Part shown: positions 55,675-64,000 of the stretch, one piece after another
Position numbering within the stretch: position 1 is the stretch's first letter
Layout of the letters: every line of letters begins with the position of its first letter
Translations under genes and position numbers: made by a program
Notes under the pieces: model-generated
What the model was told of the DNA's origin: nothing
The model's input: only the letters and a program-made list of their open reading frames with translations
Databases searched by the model: none
Assembly (NCBI GenBank): GCA_965261395.1
Contig: OZ253462.1
Coordinates: 5,472,001 to 5,536,000, forward strand
Direction of reading: 5' to 3'
DNA: 64,000 nucleotides
Origin: Candidatus Latescibacterota bacterium
Lineage (GTDB): Bacteria; Latescibacterota; UBA2968; UBA8231

Positions 55675-58425
55675 CTACTCATAACCGGCGAACACAGTGA
55701 CGAATATGGCCGTTTCAGTGCGCGCCTTTTGGGCTGAGGCACGATCAATCCGCGACACGCGAAACCCAGTCTGGGTCCACAGGTTGTAGCCTAGGTATTC
55801 GGCGTTGTTGGTAAACTGCAAGGCATAGACCAACTCGTTGCGATCCGAGCGCAGCAAATGGGTTTCCAACTCCTCGCGGAACTGCTCGACGAGCAGATAC
55901 TCTAGGCCGGTCTGTAATTCGGTGCGCGACAGAATCGGCACGTGCAGGACCAGCGACCACAGCTCGCGCAACTCGGTGGTCGCCACCCGCACCTGTGTAT
56001 CCTGGCGACGCGAGGGCCGCTGACGCTGAAACTCGCTCTTCCAACGCGGCTGTAACTTGAGGACCCCGAGGTTGAGCGTATAATCGATCTTGTTGAGGAC
56101 GCCGAAGAAGGAAGCCGTCTCGCGGATGTCCTGCTCATCAATTGGCCGCTCGTCGAAATTGGACTGTTTGAAAACCTCCCACTTAAGGCGGTTCTTGAAG
56201 TGGATGTAGTCGCTCTGGTACTGATAGCCGAGATACAAAGTATTGGCCCAACCATCGCGCAGGGGCAAGGGATCAGTATAGGGCACGAGGTCGCCGCGTG
56301 ATCCCTCTCGTACAACCCACTCAATCACATGGTCGCGGATATCGTCTCGGACCTGCCGGTAGTTGTTGTACACCTGCACGCTCCCCTTACTGGCGTAGTC
56401 CTTGTCAAAGGTCAGCAAGGCGTAATTGGTGGCGTTCTCGCGGGCCTCGGCTAGCTGGCGCTCGTCGAGGCGACCAACGGTCAGCCGCGCCTCCGGCCCC
56501 AAATGGGAACCCACGTAGATGTTGTACCCGCGCCGATCCCGTTTGTACAGGTAGTCGGGTAGGTTGTCGTTTTCAAAGCGGTCGATGATACCGTTGTTGT
56601 TCATATCAATGCCAAAGAGGAACTCGGGGCGATCGGATGCGTAGCGCAAGAACGGCTCATCGTAATCGGGCGCTGTGTTCTCGCGCAGCTCGGAATCGTT
56701 CTGATTGAAGTCGTTGATGAAGTCGTTGTTCTCGTCGAACCCTGGGAAAACCTCTCTATCCTGCGAGAAATTAGCCCGCTGCCAGTCGGGATTTCGGTCT
56801 TGGTCGTCGTTGTCGTCGACGAATTCGTAAACGAAACGGAGGTCGTCGTCGTAGTTTATATCTGCTGCATCGTTTTGGGTACCGGCTAGAAAGGAGCTGG
56901 TGCTGTAGTCGTGATCAACATTATAGACTTCGCCGAAGCCAAAGTAGGGATAAGCGCGTTTATATACGTTGACGAACCAAGCGTCGGCCGAGGTGTTGTG
57001 CGCCGTGTGCTGGGTCACGTCGGTTTCCGACCGCCGCGGATAGCGGAAGTGCTGGCGGTTGCGGTCGTATTCCCCCGATAAGTAAAACCCACTGATATCC
57101 GTAATATCGAGCGTAAAGCCAAATATCTCATTGGCCACCGGCAACCCGTATTTGACGCGCACAAAGCCCTGATTCGAGCCATCTTGCACGTTGCCGTCGG
57201 CGCGCACCGTGCGTTCGGGAACGCCTTCGGAGAGCAAGACCGGCTGACCATTGGCGTTGAGCTGGCGGTTGGAGGTAACGTCGATCCGGTAGTCGTTGGC
57301 CAAAAGCAACAGAAACTCAATGCTCTTGATCTGCTCGGGCTGGGGGCCGAAGGAGTTGCGGTACTGCGGGCCTTCTAGATCGTACACCAGCACGATGACC
57401 TCGTTGCCATCGGCCGAAAGGAATCCTTCGCGGCGGAAGCCGCCCTGCACCGCCGGGCTAAAGTCGAGGATGTTGTTGTTGCCGATGCGGCGGCGATTGC
57501 TGATGCGCTCGCCGTCAATTGTTGTAATGATCATCTCCTCCTGAAAGAAGGCCGTGCCCGCCTTACTGTCCTCGGGCGAATCGTCGCTCAAGCGCACTTC
57601 GATACGCGAAACGTCGGCGTTGTTCTGGCCCTCGGTGAGTGTGCCCTTGAAGGGGTTGCCCTGAAATGCCTGCCCCTTAGTCGAGGAGTTGAAAGCATTG
57701 ATGTAAGTCGCTCCCAACTTGACAAAGTCGCCGACCTGCATGGTGCCACGGCCGCCGATCAAGTTGGTGTCGTTCGAGCGGAAACGACCGGAGCTAGTCG
57801 TCTGCGCCGTTTCGACCTTACCGGGTGAACTGGGGCGCGAGGTGAGAAAGGTCGCCTCGTATTTGTCCGTAGAAAAGTCGAACTGAATACCGGCAAAGGT
57901 CGGCTTGGAAAAGGTCATCGGCGTCAGCGTCGTGCGGATGCGGTCGCCAATGGTCAGGGCATAGGCGTATTGGCCCTTCTGATCTGAGGCGATGACCAAG
58001 TTCGTAAACCAGCTACCGAATCGGGGGGTTTTAAACAGGCTGCTGCCCGATGTCTGCGGTGCTGCAATGCTCCAGTCGTAAATGAGTTCGCCGCGGGTGA
58101 TGTAATTCCCGTAGAGATCGTAGAAATAGTCGCCTTCTTGGCTGGTGTTCACATAGCGCGAATAATGCCGACGGGCGTAATTGGTATAGTCCTGTTGCCG
58201 CCATTGGTACTCGTTGAAGAGCTCCTGCGGCACGTACCACTTCTTCACCGCTGGATCCAGCGCGTCGAAAAGTATCCCCGGCCCAGTAGGGTCGTAAAAA
58301 ACCTCCCCGCCACGGCGCACGCCCAAGCGCGAGCCGAAATCTTCCTGTGCGGGAAGATTTTCCACCATCGCTCCCAACATCAGGATCGCCACCGCACCGG
58401 TGCGGAAACTCCTAACTATGTCCAC
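55675..58425 (-). CDS. ~910-aa exported predicted beta-barrel protein (paralog C)
   Basis: Signal peptide ending PA-Q; FGSRLGVRRGG, KWYVPQEL, DDNDDQDRNPDW, RPEFLFGIDMNNNG; ends FVTVFAGYE. Confidence 0.75.
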   Translation of the reverse strand: MDIVRSFRTGAVAILMLGAMVENLPAQEDFGSRLGVRRGGEVFYDPTGPGILFDALDPAVKKWYVPQELFNEYQWRQQDYTNYARRHYSRYVNTSQEGDYFYDLYGNYITRGELIYDWSIAAPQTSGSSLFKTPRFGSWFTNLVIASDQKGQYAYALTIGDRIRTTLTPMTFSKPTFAGIQFDFSTDKYEATFLTSRPSSPGKVETAQTTSSGRFRSNDTNLIGGRGTMQVGDFVKLGATYINAFNSSTKGQAFQGNPFKGTLTEGQNNADVSRIEVRLSDDSPEDSKAGTAFFQEEMIITTIDGERISNRRRIGNNNILDFSPAVQGGFRREGFLSADGNEVIVLVYDLEGPQYRNSFGPQPEQIKSIEFLLLLANDYRIDVTSNRQLNANGQPVLLSEGVPERTVRADGNVQDGSNQGFVRVKYGLPVANEIFGFTLDITDISGFYLSGEYDRNRQHFRYPRRSETDVTQHTAHNTSADAWFVNVYKRAYPYFGFGEVYNVDHDYSTSSFLAGTQNDAADINYDDDLRFVYEFVDDNDDQDRNPDWQRANFSQDREVFPGFDENNDFINDFNQNDSELRENTAPDYDEPFLRYASDRPEFLFGIDMNNNGIIDRFENDNLPDYLYKRDRRGYNIYVGSHLGPEARLTVGRLDERQLAEARENATNYALLTFDKDYASKGSVQVYNNYRQVRDDIRDHVIEWVVREGSRGDLVPYTDPLPLRDGWANTLYLGYQYQSDYIHFKNRLKWEVFKQSNFDERPIDEQDIRETASFFGVLNKIDYTLNLGVLKLQPRWKSEFQRQRPSRRQDTQVRVATTELRELWSLVLHVPILSRTELQTGLEYLLVEQFREELETHLLRSDRNELVYALQFTNNAEYLGYNLWTQTGFRVSRIDRASAQKARTETAIFVTVFAGYE

Positions 58426-58471
58426 AAATACCCTCCCTTGATGTCGAATTCCGGTCCGAACTGCTGCTTTA

Positions 58472-61400
58472 TCAATAAGCCACGTGAACGAGGCGCGTCA
58501 ATTTGCTATCTTGATCGTCGGCTTCTACCTTGATCTGACAGAGATAGATCCCCGGCGGCACGATGTGCCCACCCAGATCCCGACCGTCCCACACAAACGC
58601 CTGCGTCCCTACCTTGCCACCAGTCGCCAAGCTCTGCCCTTGGCCTACCAAGCGTCCTCCCAAATCGTACAATGCAACTTCCAACGGACGCTCCTCCTGC
58701 ACCTTCAACAAAACAAAATGCACCAAGAGCTCGTCGTTGATCCCGTCGCCATTGGGCGTAAAGACGGGTGCCAGCTCTACGTCTTGGATCAAAGACCCCC
58801 GCAGAGCCATCAAGCTGACCTGCGCCGTCGAAGAATCCACCAACTCGGTCGCATCCTTATCGGCGGTGTCCACCCGTTGGAATACGCCCTCATCCGAATC
58901 CGAAGACCGCACAAACGAGGCGAATTCAACGCCCTCGCGGAAGCTCTGCGACGCAAACTGCACCTCAATGAGGGCGTGCTGGCCAGCCGGCAGATCAGCA
59001 TTGAGCGAAAAGGGAAAACGCACCCAGATCGAATCCTCACCGGTCGCCATGCGTTCCAACACCTCGCCATCTATCTCGCGCAAAACCCCGTCGTCGCCCG
59101 GGGCAAAGGCACGGTCAAACTGCGTGGTCGTCGCCGAGGTCAGCACTTCCTCCGGGTTGAGGAGCGAGGACGTCTGGGCGATGGCGACCTGTCCCAAGCG
59201 CACGCCGGTCAAGCGCGCAGCACGCGACGCGACGACCAGCACCTCGTTAAAGCCGTCGCGCACCGTCGCATCGGTCGGATCGGGCGCGGCAGCGCGGATG
59301 AAATAAGAAAACTGCTGCGGAGCGAGCGGATCGATATTGCGCGGCGGGATGTAGTCCGAGGTCTGCACATCCAAGTCGGTCGGCACGCGCGCGGCTCCCT
59401 CTTCGGTGAGAAGCGCCAACTCACCGGCCAGTTCTAGCGCCAGCGGTGGGGCCAGCTCAATGCGCAAACTGCGGATGCGTGCCGTCTTGAAGGGATCCTC
59501 GGAGGAAATATTGACCCGCACCTGAATGAACTTGCGCGGGTTGGGCGAAGTGATCGTGGCCTCGTTGACGCCATTGGTGGGCAGATAGCTTTCGCTCCAC
59601 TCGCTCCAACCGACGAAGGCCAGTTCGCCGTCTTTGTCAAAGCTCGACCGCGGCGCCCGGCGCAGTTTCTTGCCGTCCTCGTCCACGAGGCCGTCGCCAT
59701 CGTTGTCAATCAGATCAATCGGATCCTCGTCGGTGACCCCGTCGCCATCGTCGTCCGTGCGCGAGGCGTGTTGCTGGCTGGCGGGCAGGGTCTGCCAGAT
59801 CTCCCAGGCCGTCCACTTCAAGGCGATATCGTCGTAGACCTCTTTCGCCACTTCCTCGCGCTCTTCGCTGCCGGCGATGGTCACGACTTGATAGTACGTG
59901 AAGTTGCTGTCGGTCTGGTCGGAGGTGCGAGTCTGTATCTGCAAGCGGACATCGGGGTGGAGATCCAGGGGCTCGATCCGCTCGACGGCTTGGCCGGTGA
60001 ACGGATCGGTCTCGCGGACGACTACATCGCCTTCCCAAGCAATGCGCGGCAGGGTTTTGCGAATGAAGTTGCCACGTGAATCAGTCAGCGTAATCGGCGG
60101 TGAGTAGGCCCACACGCTGACCGGATAGCCTTCGCCGTAGAGCTGAATCTCGCCCAAGGTCGCCAGCGCGCCGTAGCGACCGGATACCTGCCCGGTGACG
60201 TCGATATCGCGGATTTGCAGAAAGCGGATCTTGCGCCGGGGAAAAGTCTCGCGGAAAATGCGCACTACCGGCGTGTGGTTATCGATGTGCTCCTCACTGA
60301 TGATGTTGTCCCACTTGAGAGATTCTTCGAGCAGGGGGAAGTCTTCGCGGTCGTTCATGCTCACGGGTTTGAGCAGCGTGCCGTCAGAGACTAAGATATC
60401 CGGCCCCAAGAAGGCCCCTTGGTGACTCTGGTTGATGCGCTTGTTGACTACCGAGACATTATCGACCCAAAACACGGCCCCTAAGTCGTACCAGGCCGTG
60501 CCCTTGAGGTAAATCGGCGACCACGTATTGGCCTGCCACTCCGAGTCGTAGAGCCCGTCGGTGGCCAAGTTGGGCGCGCCCAAACCGCCGTTTTCAAACG
60601 AAGCCCCGCCACGCCTTTCTGGCTGCAGCGCGTAGTTGTCGCCCTTAGCCCAGACCTGAACCTCGGCGATACGAGGAACTTCTTTGCTGTAATAAAGAAT
60701 CGGACCGCGCTTCCCCTCGGGTAAGGTTTGGTATTTTTCGCCGGCGGTCTGATTGGCATCGTCCTGGAGTTCGACGAGTAGGCCACCGGCAGTTTGGCGC
60801 TGATAGACGATCGCACCGCGCTGCTCTTGGGGCAATGCTTCATAGGCAAGACGCGCCTCTTCGTCAGCACCTAAGAAGGAATCACGCCAGAGATCCGAAT
60901 CCGTAATTTTGATGCGGACGTAATGGATGAAGGCACCGCTAATATCGGGCAGGCCATCCAAATCCCAGTCGGCCCGATCCAGCGGCAAGAGCGGGAAGGT
61001 CATCTGCGCATAGCGACCTTCGGTTCCGGGCATCGAAACCAGCGTTACTTCACCGGTCTCACCCCCTCCCCCACCTGCACAGCGGGTCTCGCCGGCGTAG
61101 CCCGAGCCTTCATCGCGTACACACTGGGCCAATTTGCCGGCGACGAAGCCAGTAGATACTTGCCCTATGAGGGAAAACTTGAGGTTGTTGCCCAAGGGAA
61201 AGGGAAAACGCTCGCCCATCGAGGCGAAAAGCGCGAAGGACTTGACCGGCTCGCCGAGGAACTCGTCTTCGAACTGACCAGCGGGAAAGATGATCGTCAG
61301 GCTATCGGCAAAGACCAACCGTCCCAAATCAACTTCGATTTCCCAGTTGCGCAGGCCGTCGAGATTGAAGTCCCCAGGGCGGGTCAAACGACTCGCAAAA

Positions 61401-61807
61401 TCGGCCGGCGTGTCCGGCTCCCAGAAGGTACTCAAGTCGCCATCGAGGACATTATTGGCCAAGGCATCGTTGGATTTGGCCGTCGCGCCCCCGGAGATTA
61501 GATCACCACCAGCACGAACCAAATCAGGATAGGTGAAATCGACAGCCGTCGGGGCCGCGTTGATATTGCGGCGAAAAAACGTCGGCCGCAGCCCATCGGC
61601 TTCAACTCGGAAAATATCCGCATCGCCGATTGACACGTTCAATTGGGAGACCAAGTCGTTCTGATAACTCCAGTTCTCCCAGTGCGAAGCCCGATCCACG
61701 CGGATCGAGTTGCCAAAAATCCTATAGGCATCCGTTTGAGCCAGACAGAAACTAGGCAGAGATAGTACGGCGAAGAGAGCCGTCTTCCACTTTAGCAGCC
61801 GTTTCAT
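58472..61807 (-). CDS. Secreted 'subfamily II' protein with C-terminal CTD/FlgD-Ig-like domain
   Basis: Signal peptide LA-Q; discoidin-like motifs; two DxDGDGxxDED repeats; WSEWS, SPNPRKFIQ; VFTPNGDGIND, WDGRDLGG..PPGIY; ends VHVAY. Confidence 0.8.
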   Translation of the reverse strand: MKRLLKWKTALFAVLSLPSFCLAQTDAYRIFGNSIRVDRASHWENWSYQNDLVSQLNVSIGDADIFRVEADGLRPTFFRRNINAAPTAVDFTYPDLVRAGGDLISGGATAKSNDALANNVLDGDLSTFWEPDTPADFASRLTRPGDFNLDGLRNWEIEVDLGRLVFADSLTIIFPAGQFEDEFLGEPVKSFALFASMGERFPFPLGNNLKFSLIGQVSTGFVAGKLAQCVRDEGSGYAGETRCAGGGGGETGEVTLVSMPGTEGRYAQMTFPLLPLDRADWDLDGLPDISGAFIHYVRIKITDSDLWRDSFLGADEEARLAYEALPQEQRGAIVYQRQTAGGLLVELQDDANQTAGEKYQTLPEGKRGPILYYSKEVPRIAEVQVWAKGDNYALQPERRGGASFENGGLGAPNLATDGLYDSEWQANTWSPIYLKGTAWYDLGAVFWVDNVSVVNKRINQSHQGAFLGPDILVSDGTLLKPVSMNDREDFPLLEESLKWDNIISEEHIDNHTPVVRIFRETFPRRKIRFLQIRDIDVTGQVSGRYGALATLGEIQLYGEGYPVSVWAYSPPITLTDSRGNFIRKTLPRIAWEGDVVVRETDPFTGQAVERIEPLDLHPDVRLQIQTRTSDQTDSNFTYYQVVTIAGSEEREEVAKEVYDDIALKWTAWEIWQTLPASQQHASRTDDDGDGVTDEDPIDLIDNDGDGLVDEDGKKLRRAPRSSFDKDGELAFVGWSEWSESYLPTNGVNEATITSPNPRKFIQVRVNISSEDPFKTARIRSLRIELAPPLALELAGELALLTEEGAARVPTDLDVQTSDYIPPRNIDPLAPQQFSYFIRAAAPDPTDATVRDGFNEVLVVASRAARLTGVRLGQVAIAQTSSLLNPEEVLTSATTTQFDRAFAPGDDGVLREIDGEVLERMATGEDSIWVRFPFSLNADLPAGQHALIEVQFASQSFREGVEFASFVRSSDSDEGVFQRVDTADKDATELVDSSTAQVSLMALRGSLIQDVELAPVFTPNGDGINDELLVHFVLLKVQEERPLEVALYDLGGRLVGQGQSLATGGKVGTQAFVWDGRDLGGHIVPPGIYLCQIKVEADDQDSKLTRLVHVAY

Positions 61808-61841
61808 AGCATTTCCTTTCTTTTCGCGTTTCTAGCTAAGG

Positions 61842-63998
61842 CTAATACGCTACGGAAACGATGCGCGTCTGGGCCTTGCCCGCATGATCGGCTTCGGTCG
61901 AAATGCGCAACATGTATAGGCCCGGAGGCACTATCTGTCCAGCATCGTCGCGACCGTCCCACTGTTGCGAATACCCTCCCGACGACAAACGGAGCTCAAT
62001 GAAGTGCAGGCACCGACCGTTTAAATCGAATATCTCCAGATACACCGGCTTCGGCGTTAGCAGCCGCTGGACGTCAAAAGTCACGACTACTTCGTCGTTG
62101 ACGTCGTCGCCATTAGGCGTAAAAGGATTGGGCGCGACCTTGAAATTGGTCACGAGGTTCTCGCTCTGCGCTGAAATATCGGCGATCACCGCTAGGGAAT
62201 TACGATCTGAGAGCTGGTCCGTCGCGACGAAATCAACCACGTCATTGTCCTCTACTCGCTGTGGCAAGAAAATGGCCAGCGTATCGAGCGCACTCTCGCT
62301 ACCCCCGAGCGCCAAAATGCCGCTCCTGGTAAAGTGTCGCTCTGTTTCTGCACCTAAGGTGTCTAAGAAGACATTGGCAGCGAAGTTGGTGCGGAAGTCG
62401 ATGACCCGACCCTGAAAGCGGACTTTTACCAATGCGTTGCGAACTTGGCCATCCTCGGCTGGGCTGATGGTCGGAAAACCAACGACGAACTGATCGTCGG
62501 CAACGTACAATTCTCGAAACTGACCTTCGCCGATTTTGCCCTCGCCGTCCATTCTTTCCAAGTTCAGGAACTTCCCGTCGCCTAGATCCACTTCCACCCC
62601 CTTAATGGCCTCTGTGCGCGCCGGAGTAAAAACCTGCAAGCGATTAAAGCCGTTGTTCTCGGCCCCTAACCCAGCGTTGAGGACCAGTACAAAGGAGGTG
62701 TCGCGGCCAGCGATCACATCCACGGCCGGAGCAATCTCGCCGAAGACCTGATCCGTGATCTGTGGGGCGGAGTATTCAAAGCGCAAGTTGCTAATAATTG
62801 TGGCCGCCTCAGGCTCCTTGCTCAGAAACTCAACCTCTATCTGAATGAAGGGCCGACCACTTGGCGCGTTGATTAGCTCGCCGTTATTGACCAACTGGAC
62901 ACCACTCCAGAACTCAAGCTCGGGTTCGACGTGACGCCGCTCATTGCCCGGCAGGGCCTTGTACTCGTCGCGGGTAAGCCGCACGCGTTGGCGATCCTCT
63001 GGTAGGGCGGCGCTGAAGAGTTCGCGTGCATCTAGGTTGAGTTCGGGATCGTTCAGGTCCACCCCTTGGCCGAAGGTCCTAGAGCCGAGCCGTTGATCAA
63101 TGATGATCGCTCCTTCCTCTTTCCACTCCACCTCGCGCTCAAAATCGTTGACGCGAAAAAGCACATCCGGCTCGGGATTGACGCCTGTCTGTACGCGCAC
63201 GATAGCGCGCGACCTGTTGGGATCGCCAATTTTTCGCTCGTCCCAGAAGATCCGCCCCAAGGTCGCCGGGGGCAGCGGTAGTGCATTGGAAGTATAAACC
63301 GCTTCAGGAAAAAAACCGTCGGCAAAAAACTCCATTTCAGCCAAGTCGTAATCCAGCGGAGTCTGAAAATCAAAGCGCGCATAGCGCATGTAGGCCTGCG
63401 GATTAAAGGCCACGGCAATGGTGTCTTCCACATTGACCGGTACGCTTGCCTCGGAAACGAAGGTTGGAAAAGTCGAGGCTATCTTAGCGAACGTAGGGAA
63501 CGCCAACTGCCCAATTTTTGGATCGTCGAGACTAAGACCGGCGATTACCTTCTCAGTCCCAGGCAGACCCCTATAAAAGGTATAAGCGGAAACACGCGCG
63601 GGCTCTTCAAGACTGGGATAGAGGCGGAACAAGCTAATTGGAAAGTAGCGTCCCAAGTCAATATAGAGGGACCATATCTGCTTGACGTCCTGCCCGACTC
63701 GGTCGATGCGCTCGAAATGGGTCAGTGGATCGCCATCGAAAACGCGCCCTAGCCCCTCTTGGAGTCGCTGGCCGGTCAAAGTCCTTTCAAAAATGCCGAG
63801 AGTCGTGAGGTTGAGCCCCTTGTTGTACTTGTCGCCGCCGGGAGGGCGGGGAAAAGATTCGGCCACGTTGATCATGGCCTCAATCTCGGCAATGCCAGCC
63901 CGGCGCAATAGCTGGACGGCCTCTAGGCTACGCGGAAAGGAACTCCAGCGAGGGACCAAGACCGTGCCCGCCTTTACAATCGCACCATCGTCGAGTTC
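61842..63998 (-). CDS. Secreted 'subfamily I' protein with C-terminal CTD/FlgD-Ig-like domain; 5'-truncated by the window edge
   Basis: The frame stays open upstream of 63959 (ELDDGAIVKAGTV...). IDLGRYFPI, LAEMEFFADGF, PNPFTPNGDDVND, WDGRDDAG..PPGLY; ends VSVAY. Confidence 0.8.
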   Translation of the reverse strand, partial: ELDDGAIVKAGTVLVPRWSSFPRSLEAVQLLRRAGIAEIEAMINVAESFPRPPGGDKYNKGLNLTTLGIFERTLTGQRLQEGLGRVFDGDPLTHFERIDRVGQDVKQIWSLYIDLGRYFPISLFRLYPSLEEPARVSAYTFYRGLPGTEKVIAGLSLDDPKIGQLAFPTFAKIASTFPTFVSEASVPVNVEDTIAVAFNPQAYMRYARFDFQTPLDYDLAEMEFFADGFFPEAVYTSNALPLPPATLGRIFWDERKIGDPNRSRAIVRVQTGVNPEPDVLFRVNDFEREVEWKEEGAIIIDQRLGSRTFGQGVDLNDPELNLDARELFSAALPEDRQRVRLTRDEYKALPGNERRHVEPELEFWSGVQLVNNGELINAPSGRPFIQIEVEFLSKEPEAATIISNLRFEYSAPQITDQVFGEIAPAVDVIAGRDTSFVLVLNAGLGAENNGFNRLQVFTPARTEAIKGVEVDLGDGKFLNLERMDGEGKIGEGQFRELYVADDQFVVGFPTISPAEDGQVRNALVKVRFQGRVIDFRTNFAANVFLDTLGAETERHFTRSGILALGGSESALDTLAIFLPQRVEDNDVVDFVATDQLSDRNSLAVIADISAQSENLVTNFKVAPNPFTPNGDDVNDEVVVTFDVQRLLTPKPVYLEIFDLNGRCLHFIELRLSSGGYSQQWDGRDDAGQIVPPGLYMLRISTEADHAGKAQTRIVSVAY

Positions 63999-64000
63999 GA

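Overview
GC-rich bacterial chromosomal segment with about 40 CDS. I saw no rRNA, tRNA, CRISPR array or mobile element. Gene content (FlgD-Ig C-terminal domains, a PorV-like barrel, CRTAC1/FG-GAP proteins, 'TWGxIK' C-termini, a DUF6785-like membrane protein) suggests an FCB-superphylum organism such as Ca. Latescibacterota; this is an inference. Most of the window (1-19 kb, 31-64 kb) is a paralog-rich cell-envelope locus. It has three ~910-aa signal-peptide proteins with predicted beta-barrel ends and Ca-binding-like acidic loops, and seven secreted proteins of two subfamilies, six of which visibly end in a T9SS-CTD/FlgD-like domain terminating in 'xAY/VVY'. It also has two paralogous lipoproteins, two lipoprotein PPIases, three CRTAC1-like proteins, TPR proteins and a GT-C glycosyltransferase. 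One operon runs PorV-like - giant TPR - ExbB - ExbD - TonB-like/DUF4159. I interpret the locus as a candidate non-canonical, possibly ExbBD-energised, T9SS-related secretion/surface-assembly system. The middle (19-31 kb) is a cytoplasmic catabolic cluster (aldolases, PhyH dioxygenase, GH10-like, BNR sialidase-like, atypical GH42) plus aroA. All family calls come from motif recognition by eye; no database search was run.
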